Below, piece by piece: positions 12,901-18,471 of a stretch of 32,000 nt of DNA. Numbering within the stretch: position 1 is the first letter of the stretch; each line of letters starts with the position of its first letter. The translations under genes were made by a program, and so were the position numbers. The DNA is taken from the NCBI RefSeq assembly GCF_008000775.2, contig NZ_CP042905.2:2580001-2612000 (forward strand). The letters are read 5' to 3'. The DNA is from Promethearchaeum syntrophicum. GTDB taxonomy: Archaea > Asgardarchaeota > Lokiarchaeia > Sigyniarchaeales > Promethearchaeaceae. Under the pieces are notes generated by a model, which saw nothing but the letters and a program-made list of their open reading frames with translations, was not told the origin of the DNA and made no database searches.

Positions 12901-13349
12901 ATATTAAGACCTATAAAGCCAAAATTATTAAATATCAAGAAAAGGTCCAAGAAGAACCAAAAACACAGGGAAAACCCAGTAATAAGCAAGTAGCTCAACA
13001 AAAAGCAGCTGAGTATTTGAAGATGGCCGATGATGCAGAAAATTCTAATGATTTTCTGCAAGCTCTCGCCATTCATCATCAAATTTTAATATTACGGGAA
13101 GAAATTAAAGAAAAATCTTTAGTTTCAGCTACCAAAGCGAAAATTAAAACAATAATTGCCAAAATCCCTAATATAAAAGAGATTAGCGCCGGAATTGTCA
13201 AAGAAGCAGAAAACAAATATAAAGAAAAAGATTATATGACAGCTTACGCCAATTATCGCTATTTGAAGACTATTTTTGAAGCGCTCGAGGATAAGACTTT
13301 AATTAAAACCGTAGACAAATTGATATCGGATGTTTCTAAATATATTTAA
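3909..13349 (+). CDS. Giant (3,146 aa) type-I membrane-anchored surface/adhesin-like protein with 29 tandem 93-aa beta-sandwich-like repeats and a helical cytoplasmic tail
   Basis: Single uninterrupted 9,441-nt ORF. It has an N-terminal basic region plus a hydrophobic signal/anchor (LTKYLFSFLLFLSFSAVLSG), then a 279-nt periodic coding array. A C-terminal TM helix (LPYILGGVGVLAVILVSVGI) is followed by KKSASKR and 222 aa of K/E/A-rich helical sequence. NxS/T sequons are dense throughout. Confidence 0.9.
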   Translation: MILTKILKGKIFHKVKKRSPLTKYLFSFLLFLSFSAVLSGIQIYPTTLDNFENGDQAKEDISHDFLAMIPKASIGPTIENLTKTDLLELGDYANITVDINHTNGVDTAFIEIGGTNYTMTKGAGVNEYNYTWQPSAVGNIPFTIYANDSVGGEWSSLPEDSINVQDTTGPSLSFLTKVNGDPTELGVNVTIRITATDLSTVDRVWINFDGTNYSMNSLPADVYNYSAPHPVGTYGFTIYANDTEGNEATPVVNSISVEDTIIPDINNVVEVSGDPVEFGDSIYIRVNVTDLSTIDDVWIDLDGTNYTMNYISDDMYYYTASPAVGLHTYTIYANDTTGNEGSTGPYTITVSDTIAPTISNVVEVSGDPVEFNGAIYIRVNVTDLSGVDDVWIDLDGTNYTMIYISDDMYYYTTSPAIGLHTYTIYANDTEGNEGSTIAYTITVSDTIAPTISNVVEVSGDPVEFNGAIYIRVNVTDLSGVDDVWIDLDGTNYTMIYISDDMYYYTTSPAIGLHTYTIYANDTEGNEGSTIAYTITVSDTIAPTISNVVEVSGDPVEFNGAIYIRVNVTDLSGVDDVWIDLDGTNYTMIYISDDMYYYTTSPAIGLHTYTIYANDTEGNEGATLADTITVEDTIDPVLDVPVEVSGDPVEFNGAIYIRVNVTDLSTIDDVWIDLDGTNYTMIYISDDMYYYTTSPAVGLHTYTIYANDTEGNEGSTGPYTITVEDTIDPVLDVPVEVSGDPVEFNGAIYIRVNVTDLSTIDDVWIDLDGTNYTMNYISDDMYYYTASPAVGLHTYTIYANDTSGNEGSTGPYTITVSDTIAPTISNVEEVSGDPVEFNGAIYIRVNVTDISGVDDVWIDFDGTNYTMIYISDDMYYYTTSPAIGLHTYTIYANDTEGNEGSTIAYTITVSDTIAPTISNVVEVSGDPVEFNGAIYIRVNVTDLSGVDDVWIDLDGTNYTMIYISDDMYYYTASPAVGLHTYTIYANDTEGNEGATLADTITVEDTIDPVLDVPVEVSGDPVEFNGAIYIRVNVTDLSTIDDVWIDLDGTNYTMIYISDDMYYYTTSPAVGLHTYTIYANDTEGNEGSTGPYTITVEDTIDPVLDVPVEVSGDPVEFNGAIYIRVNVTDLSTIDDVWIDLDGTNYTMIYISDDMYYYTTSPAVGLHTYTIYANDTEGNEGSTGPYTITVEDTIDPVLDVPVEVSGDPVEFNGAIYIRVNVTDLSTIDDVWIDLDGTNYTMNYISDDMYYYTASPAVGLHTYTIYANDTSGNEGSTGPYTITVSDTIAPTISNVEEVSGDPTQSGSNVYIRVNVSDLSTIDDVWIDFDGTNYTMIYISDDMYYFSSLYVIGTYPYSIYANDTYGNQDSLTGFDIEVSDTTPPIISNIVEVSNDPTEFNSDIYIRVNVTHPVGVDDVWIEFNGINFTMTPLGGIMYYYTATYGINTYSYTIYSNSTIGIEGSSGPYTITVSDNTDPSLDIPVEVSGDPVEFNGAIYIRVNVTDLSTIDDVWIDLDGTNYTMIYISDDMYYYTASPAVGIYTYTIYANDTYENEGSTGPYTITIEDTIDPVLSNVVEVSGDPVEFNGAIYIRVNVTDLSTIDDVWIDLDGTNYTMIYISDDMYYYTTSPAVGLHTYTIYANDTEGNEGSTGPYTITVEDTIDPVLDVPVEVSGDPVEFNGAIYIRVNVTDLSTIDDVWIDLDGTNYTMIYISDDMYYYTTSPAVGLHTYTIYANDTEGNEGSTGPYTITVEDTIDPVLDVPVEVSGDPVEFNGAIYIRVNVTDLSTIDDVWIDLDGTNYTMIYISDDMYYYTTSPAVGLHTYTIYANDTEGNEGSTGPYTITVEDTIDPVLDVPVEVSGDPVEFNGAIYIRVNVTDLSTIDDVWIDLDGTNYTMIYISDDMYYYTTSPAVGLHTYTIYANDTEGNEGSTGPYTITVEDTIDPVLDVPVEVSGDPVEFNGAIYIRVNVTDLSTIDDVWIDLDGTNYTMIYISDDMYYYTTSPAVGLHTYTIYANDTEGNEGSTGPYTITVEDTIDPVLDVPVEVSGDPVEFNGAIYIRVNVTDLSTIDDVWIDLDGTNYTMIYISDDMYYYTTSPAVGLHTYTIYANDTEGNEGATLADTITVEDTIDPVLDVPVEVSGDPVEFNGAIYIRVNVTDLSTIDDVWIDLDGTNYTMNYISDDMYYYTASPAVGLHTYTIYANDTSGNEGSTGPYTITVSDTIAPTISNVEEVSGDPTQSGSNVYIRVNVSDLSTIDDVWIDFDGTNYTMIYISDDMYYFSSLYVIGTYPYSIYANDTYGNQDSLTGFDIEVSDTTPPIISNIVEVSNDPTEFNSDIYIRVNVTHPVGVDDVWIEFNGINFTMTPLGGIMYYYTATYGINTYSYTIYSNSTIGIEGSSGPYTITVSDNTDPSLDIPVEVSGDPVEFNGAIYIRVNVTDLSTIDDVWIDLDGTNYTMIYISDDMYYYTASPAVGLHTYTIYANDTEGNEGSTGPYTITVEDTIDPVLSNVVEVSGDPVEFNGAIYIRVNVTDLSTINDVWIDLDGTNYTMIYISDDMYYYTTSPAVAVHTYTIYANDTEGNEGSTGPYTITIEDTIGPILSNLVEVSGDPTQSGQDIYIRLNVSDFSTLDDVWIDFDGINYTMTPLSGDMYYYTDSYGFGVYSYTIYANDTYGNTASILGPDITVTDITAPIISNLVEVSGDPVEFNGSIYIRINVTDPSGVDSVWIDFDGTNYTMTSLSGDMYYYSTSPAVGTHNYTIYANDTYGNEGMISGDISVSEIVQSIIIFDLTDYATDSLAADSDFNVSLPIDNSSTMDWAKVYFIIVSGPSSAAPGDNWTPIDLVNGQATISSEYYDSGDTLSYYFEIRDTDGNIFYVFSSGISTSNATAQTAAFSFEITNATGGTPLPFDIMQYLPYILGGVGVLAVILVSVGIKKSASKRSISKKDLRNMKEAGDAAKELLERQKTIQKEASYAEKNKDYYTVVLLYEKLIEIADALFKFGRPEAADDIKTYKAKIIKYQEKVQEEPKTQGKPSNKQVAQQKAAEYLKMADDAENSNDFLQALAIHHQILILREEIKEKSLVSATKAKIKTIIAKIPNIKEISAGIVKEAENKYKEKDYMTAYANYRYLKTIFEALEDKTLIKTVDKLISDVSKYI
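4155..12245 (+). repeat. In-frame tandem array, 29 x 279 nt (93 aa), inside the giant gene
   Basis: Hand alignment shows unit starts at 4713 + 279k (checked at 4992, 5271, 8619, 8898, 9177, 9456, 9735, 10014, 10293). Two degenerate units lie upstream (4155, 4434) and three diverged units at the 3' end (11409, 11688, 11967). The span 8091 nt equals 29 x 279 exactly. Confidence 0.95.
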
Positions 13350-13356
13350 TCGGAAC

Positions 13357-13406
13357 CTCCCCTTTTTTGATTAGATTTTATATTTTTTTCTTTTATTCTT
13401 TTTTTG
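13357..13406 (+). terminator. Oligo-T tracts downstream of the giant gene (archaeal-type termination signal)
   Basis: T6 at 13363-13368, T7 at 13383-13389 and T7 at 13399-13405, all within 60 nt of the stop codon. Confidence 0.4.
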
Positions 13407-13519
13407 TCCATGCTTTCTTTTACTCTGGTGTTCTAAGGAGATTAAATAAAAACTTCTATCAGACTACATCCTAGACATTTAAATAACTCGCACAGATATG
13501 TATATTACGTTAAAAAAAA

Positions 13520-13540
13520 CATGATTTTTCAAGTTAATCT
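13520..13540. repeat. IS terminal inverted repeat (end nearest the transposase stop)
   Basis: Perfect 21-nt reverse complement of 15268-15288. Confidence 0.9.
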
Positions 13541-15202
13541 TTTTTCATAAAATTGTGCTTGGACTTTACTAATTCCTAAAAATTTCAATGTTTTTTTTAA
13601 CCAATTTTCACTTAAAACCTTCTTACGTCCATCATGCATAGATTTAAGCAACCGCCAATTTAGATTACTCGCTTCTTCCCAAATATCACTTTCTAATTCT
13701 TCATCTCTACAGAATACAAAACGCAAATGGTAATCTCCTTCAGTAAGGATCAGCCTTCCCACTTGTTTCTTAGCACTACGACTGTAAAAATGCGATTTTT
13801 GGCGTCCAAAGGCTTGCTCTAAAGTATTATTTGTCAAAATCGGTTTTTCAAATTTACGATAACTGAATAGACCATTACGATAACTTTCCCACAATCTTAG
13901 CCACTCTCCCATTATTTCCAAATATGTACTAGACGATCGCGGTAAATAGGCCCGCAAATTCGTTTTAACAAAATTTTGATCGGTTTCAAGTAGTTTTTGC
14001 TCCAAATTGACAAATAATGTTGCCATGTTGTCCTCGATCTCTGATGAACTTACATTTTTTGCAAAGTATCCTGAATAAATTTCTTTGAAGATCTCAAAAA
14101 GTTCGTTACAATCAGAATAGAGAGAATATAATGAACTTAATGATTCTGTCCATTTTTCTCCCTCTCTACGATATATTTTGTGAATTCGATAGTTTTGAGG
14201 TACTTGACTCATGATTTCAAACATTTGAGCTGTGTAATCGTCTAAATGTTCGAAAAATTTAATCCCCCTAAGTTGTTCAAATTTTTTGTTTCTGAAGCGT
14301 TTCATTTTTTTTAAATCAGCAATTATCGGAGAAAAAACCGTTTTTGGGGCAATTTTTCCATGTTCTTCAATATATATTGGGGAATTAGGACCTGTGTTCA
14401 AAAAATAGCTATTTTGTATTACTTGAGATAATCTTTTATGGAGTTTTCCATCAAGTAATTCCAAATGATTCCAAATATTATTCATAAAATGGTACCCACA
14501 GTATTGATGGGGTATTTTGGGATAATATTTGGAGATGCAACTCGTTATATTGTTTTGTTTATCGCTAATAAATCCACTTATCTTCACAGAATAAAGAGAG
14601 ATAATTTTTTCAATCTCATCATGCAGAATATCTGCTGTTGCACTTTCTAGGTAAACCGTGGATAGTAATCGGTTCGAAATTAAATCAACAAAGAGCCACA
14701 ATCCTGGACCCTCAACCAATGGATCCTCTCCATCTAAACCCATTAAAATGACTTTTTGTTTCTTTATAATTTCTAAAGTTTTTTGATCAATAGCTTCAGA
14801 TTTGACTACAGTCACCACATTAATCATTCTTCGGATTGTACTTTCAGAAATTTTCAATTTATATTCTGTTTGAAGCACATCTAAAATATATGCTGCCTTA
14901 AAATGTTTCTTCAAAGCGTAAAATGCTACCTTTTGTACAACATCTTTTCCATAATAGAAACCTTCAAATTCAAACCGAGATTGAGGATTAAATACAATAT
15001 CGTGCATTTTACAATTTGGATTAATGCAATGATAATAGATTGTGATTTGATTTATGTCTCCAGCAAGAGAATGCACGATTTTACCATTGTCTGCATATTT
15101 TTTGATTACTTTTTCCTGACAGACAGGACATTCTTTTGGTAAATTCTGGGGCCATTTTAGATAAACGGTACAATAATCCCCCGACTGAGCATGATATTTC
15201 AT
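13529..15202 (-). CDS. DDE-type transposase with N-terminal zinc ribbon (IS256/IS66-like D...D...CxxH pattern; family not resolved)
   Basis: N-terminus has CPVCQEK...CINPNCKMH (CxxC...CxxxxC). Candidate catalytic motifs are LMGLDGEDP (D1) and GFISDKQNNITSCISKYYPKIPHQYCGYHFMNN (D2 followed by a HQxCxxH..N block). As I recall, this resembles the IS256/MULE and IS66 signatures. The ORF is bounded by terminal IRs. Confidence 0.75.
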   Translation of the reverse strand: MKYHAQSGDYCTVYLKWPQNLPKECPVCQEKVIKKYADNGKIVHSLAGDINQITIYYHCINPNCKMHDIVFNPQSRFEFEGFYYGKDVVQKVAFYALKKHFKAAYILDVLQTEYKLKISESTIRRMINVVTVVKSEAIDQKTLEIIKKQKVILMGLDGEDPLVEGPGLWLFVDLISNRLLSTVYLESATADILHDEIEKIISLYSVKISGFISDKQNNITSCISKYYPKIPHQYCGYHFMNNIWNHLELLDGKLHKRLSQVIQNSYFLNTGPNSPIYIEEHGKIAPKTVFSPIIADLKKMKRFRNKKFEQLRGIKFFEHLDDYTAQMFEIMSQVPQNYRIHKIYRREGEKWTESLSSLYSLYSDCNELFEIFKEIYSGYFAKNVSSSEIEDNMATLFVNLEQKLLETDQNFVKTNLRAYLPRSSSTYLEIMGEWLRLWESYRNGLFSYRKFEKPILTNNTLEQAFGRQKSHFYSRSAKKQVGRLILTEGDYHLRFVFCRDEELESDIWEEASNLNWRLLKSMHDGRKKVLSENWLKKTLKFLGISKVQAQFYEKRLT

Positions 15203-15267
15203 TAATTTAACAAAAGAAAAAAAGTGATTTATAGTTTTTGTTTTGTTCCAATCTTTTTGTCGGATGG

Positions 15268-15288
15268 AGATTAACTTGAAAAATCATG
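15268..15288. repeat. IS terminal inverted repeat (end nearest the transposase start)
   Basis: Perfect 21-nt reverse complement of 13520-13540. Confidence 0.9.
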
Positions 15289-15342
15289 AAAAAAAAATTT
15301 TTTTTTTTAAGAAAAAATATATTAAAACTAAAAGTGTTGATT

Positions 15343-18336
15343 ATGAAAAATAAAACGTTAAAAATTATAGGTGTCATGGTTATTACGACATTTATTCTAA
15401 GCTATTTAAGCACTACGGCCTTAGTTTCAGCAGCGAATGGAGAACCGAATTTTATTTTGGAGACCTCAGAAGCAAAAAATTATGGAATGGGGGTTATACA
15501 GACTGAAAGATCAGTAGCAGCTACTCTTCAAATGAATGGAGAAGTCTCTGGGGGATTTACATATACAGATTTCTTGGGTAATCCTCAAGTGGCTGAAGAC
15601 TCTGTTTTTGAAACGGAAAATTCTCACCTCTATTATCCAGTTAATTTACGATATGAGAATTATTGGAATACGGAACTTTTGAGGGAATTTAGTACACATT
15701 ATGCAAGGGCACGAAATGTCTCAGATCTACCAGATCAACATGGAAATTACACAGCTTCTTTTGTAACTGAACAATATGAATTATCTGTAGATACTAGTTG
15801 TGAAATTTCTGTATCAGATTTAACCTCTGAAATTCTTTTTGATGTCTCCTCTAAAGGAATTTATCAAATTTGGATGAACAATATTAACCTAATCGGAAGT
15901 CCAGTCATTTTGTCTCCAACAGATAAATTTGTTATTCCCGTAGAAAATGAGTTACCACCGGTGATTGATGGAGGGGATTCTTTAGGCAAATATTTCTTTT
16001 TTGCTGCATATGAAACTGGGATTTATAGAATTTACCTTCAAACTGGTGACCCAATTATTACTTTAAGAGCAGAACATCATAAAGGGCAATCGATTAAATT
16101 AGGTGAAGCGATTCGTGGAGGAAAAGATCCAAGTGATCCAACATTCTTTGATACAGTCTATTCAATGGATGTTTATCAACTGGATGTAAAAAATTTAGAA
16201 ACTGTATACAAATATCTTTTAGATTTTGAATATGGATCACCTTCTTTATATTATTTTGTTGAAGATAGTCTGACGTCATATTCCTCAAGTTTGAACCCAG
16301 GTATTAATCGAGTTTTACCTTCTGTTACCGATAGTAAAGTATATATTGTAATCGATAATCCAAATTATTTCTCTTGGGCAGACCCTGGAATTGATGAAGC
16401 AGATCCACTAAAATATACTATGAAATTTGATGAGGTAGAACCTATAGAACATATAATTGGCGGAAATCAAACAATAAATTTAGCCAAATCAATAGGAGTT
16501 ACTGCAAGAACTTTTGAAATTGTAAATACATCTTTAGTATCATTCCATTTTGAAGATTTAGGCGCAAATTCACCAAATGTTTTTGGAAATAAAATTATAA
16601 AAATTGATGAAGAACAAGCACGGGATGCTTCAATACCGTCAACAATTTCTTCATCAAATGGAACTTTCATGAGTGCACTTTTAGAACCAGGAAAATATAA
16701 AGTTATTTTTCAGCATTCAGGATCAATGGGCCCAGAATATCTTCATTTCTATACAAAATTAGTAGAATTTCAACCATTAAATGTCGAAGGTATGGATTTA
16801 TCCGGAACCTTACCTTATAATTTTACTGGTCTAAATTTTGAAGATGTCACATTACCAGCATGGGAAGGCTATCCAAATACCTATGGGGCAACCTATCCGC
16901 TTGGTTTCAATATTTCAATTGATGAAAACTTTTGGGATTATGGTTATAATGTTTCAATTCATGCAGACAAAAATGCAGAAATTTTTGATGACTATATTAC
17001 TCCCGATTTGGCAGTTCTCTGGGACGATGATGGTAATGATTTTACAGATTATACTGAGGCAATCCAACCAGGAAATGCAACAAAAGTCCCTGTAAAAACA
17101 ATTCCTAGTGGTGATGTTGGAGATGCTTTGATTATTGGTGCTTATGATAAATTTGATCGTATTGAAGTTACATTGGCTGATCCATCAGATAGAGATGCTT
17201 TTGAATGGCAATATTACCGTGAATTCTGGGGATGGAGAGATTTTGATGCAGAGGATCCAAATTTCGATGATGGAACTCTAACTGCTACAGGAAGTTTAAA
17301 TAAGAGTGGAACATTATCTTGGGATCCGGAGGAATTAACTAATTGGAACTTTTTCTCTTCTGGTTCAGATGATATTGGTTCTGAAAGACCAAATACAGAT
17401 GATGAAAATTATTACTTAATTAGAGTTAGATGTACTGATGATGCAGCCGATATCGCTAATATTACCTCAGTAAGATTAAGGAAATTTACTAAGATCAATC
17501 TTGATTTAGGTAGTAAACTGGCTTTTAATATTGGGACTCCAGAAAAGCCTGTTTATTATAGAGCCAGTTCGGGCTCATCTTCGAATTTAAAATTCGCATC
17601 GAGTTATAACCAATCAAGTTATTTAGATGTAGTTCATACAATAGATAAGAATTATTATTCAGAAGAGGCAATTCTATATCTCTATGCTAGTGATATTCAA
17701 TTATATGACTATAATGGATCCAATAACGGAGTTTATGTTCCATTGGAAAAACCTTTGACATACTCGGTTTGTGTTTTTCAACCAGAAGCGAATTATAAAC
17801 AAATTATCCCGTATAATATCAGTTTAAATGTTCCAACAACTCATTCGAATCAGTTGAATTTATCCGCACTTCCAAGTGATCAATCAAATACCATAATAGT
17901 ACCTGATAGACGTACAGTGTACCTTAATATTACACCACGAACTATGTACGATTGGACACAAATTAATGTGCAATTTATCAACGCAAGTGTATTATCAACC
18001 CGTCTCATTGCTCCAGCAATGTATGATTTAGACACAGCAAGTACATATACGAGTACTTATGGTAATGGTCAATTTAATTTAGGCTATACTGGAGTCAATA
18101 TGAATGCGTCCATCGAATTCGGGTTTATTACTGAGACACTTTATCTTGAATTTGTTATTGAAAACACAACGAATAATTCTCCAATTATGAAAACCTATGG
18201 AGGACAATTTAACTACCCAATGTTAACAATATTAGAAGCATCAGTAAAATCTAATACGGGATTATACGTTGGAATTGGTGCCGGGGTAGTTGTTTTGATT
18301 GCAGTTTCAGTTGTACTCTATAAAAAGAAACATTAA
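15343..18336 (+). CDS. Secreted, C-terminally membrane-anchored surface protein of unknown function (997 aa from the preferred start)
   Basis: A signal peptide follows the internal ATG at 15343 (MKNKTLKIIGVMVITTFILSYLSTTALVSAANG). A C-terminal TM helix (GLYVGIGAGVVVLIAVSVVLY) is followed by KKKH. Many NxS/T sequons are present. The ORF-track start at 15286 lies inside the IS inverted repeat and an A/T homopolymer, so it is disfavoured. Confidence 0.8.
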   Translation: MKNKTLKIIGVMVITTFILSYLSTTALVSAANGEPNFILETSEAKNYGMGVIQTERSVAATLQMNGEVSGGFTYTDFLGNPQVAEDSVFETENSHLYYPVNLRYENYWNTELLREFSTHYARARNVSDLPDQHGNYTASFVTEQYELSVDTSCEISVSDLTSEILFDVSSKGIYQIWMNNINLIGSPVILSPTDKFVIPVENELPPVIDGGDSLGKYFFFAAYETGIYRIYLQTGDPIITLRAEHHKGQSIKLGEAIRGGKDPSDPTFFDTVYSMDVYQLDVKNLETVYKYLLDFEYGSPSLYYFVEDSLTSYSSSLNPGINRVLPSVTDSKVYIVIDNPNYFSWADPGIDEADPLKYTMKFDEVEPIEHIIGGNQTINLAKSIGVTARTFEIVNTSLVSFHFEDLGANSPNVFGNKIIKIDEEQARDASIPSTISSSNGTFMSALLEPGKYKVIFQHSGSMGPEYLHFYTKLVEFQPLNVEGMDLSGTLPYNFTGLNFEDVTLPAWEGYPNTYGATYPLGFNISIDENFWDYGYNVSIHADKNAEIFDDYITPDLAVLWDDDGNDFTDYTEAIQPGNATKVPVKTIPSGDVGDALIIGAYDKFDRIEVTLADPSDRDAFEWQYYREFWGWRDFDAEDPNFDDGTLTATGSLNKSGTLSWDPEELTNWNFFSSGSDDIGSERPNTDDENYYLIRVRCTDDAADIANITSVRLRKFTKINLDLGSKLAFNIGTPEKPVYYRASSGSSSNLKFASSYNQSSYLDVVHTIDKNYYSEEAILYLYASDIQLYDYNGSNNGVYVPLEKPLTYSVCVFQPEANYKQIIPYNISLNVPTTHSNQLNLSALPSDQSNTIIVPDRRTVYLNITPRTMYDWTQINVQFINASVLSTRLIAPAMYDLDTASTYTSTYGNGQFNLGYTGVNMNASIEFGFITETLYLEFVIENTTNNSPIMKTYGGQFNYPMLTILEASVKSNTGLYVGIGAGVVVLIAVSVVLYKKKH

Positions 18337-18340
18337 GTTT

Positions 18341-18395
18341 AAGATAGGATCTTTTTTTCTTATCTTTTACATTTTTTTTTCACTTTTTTCTCATT
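18341..18395 (+). terminator. Weak hairpin plus oligo-T tracts after the surface-protein gene
   Basis: aagatagga..ttttttt..cttatctt forms an imperfect stem around T7 (18352-18358). Further T9 and T6 runs follow. Confidence 0.4.
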
Positions 18396-18471
18396 TTATC
18401 TCCTGCCTCTTCTCATATAATATCATTAGAATTATCAAAATCTAAAAAAAGAAAAATTGAAATAAAATGAA

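Larger units (their letters stand above)
13520..15288 (-). mobile_element. Complete insertion sequence (1,769 bp) with perfect 21-bp terminal inverted repeats and a single transposase ORF
   Basis: 13520-13540 (catgatttttcaagttaatct) is the exact reverse complement of 15268-15288 (agattaacttgaaaaatcatg). The match stops exactly at both outer and inner ends. Flanks are A8 (13512-13519) and A9 (15289-15297), consistent with an 8-bp target duplication. One 557-aa ORF fills the interior, and its stop codon lies inside the left IR. Confidence 0.85.

Noticed and set aside
3970-13082. Minus-strand ORFs 3970..4188, 11671..11874 and 12846..13082 inside the giant gene
   Set aside because: They are antisense to a 9.4-kb ORF with strong periodic coding structure, and have no motifs or plausible start context.
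14465-15142. Plus-strand ORFs 14465..14650 and 14903..15142
   Set aside because: They are antisense to the transposase ORF inside the IS, and are short and low in complexity.
15286-15342. ATG at 15286 as the start of the surface-protein gene
   Set aside because: The ATG is part of the IS terminal inverted repeat and is followed by A9/T11 homopolymers. A canonical signal peptide starts at the ATG at 15343.
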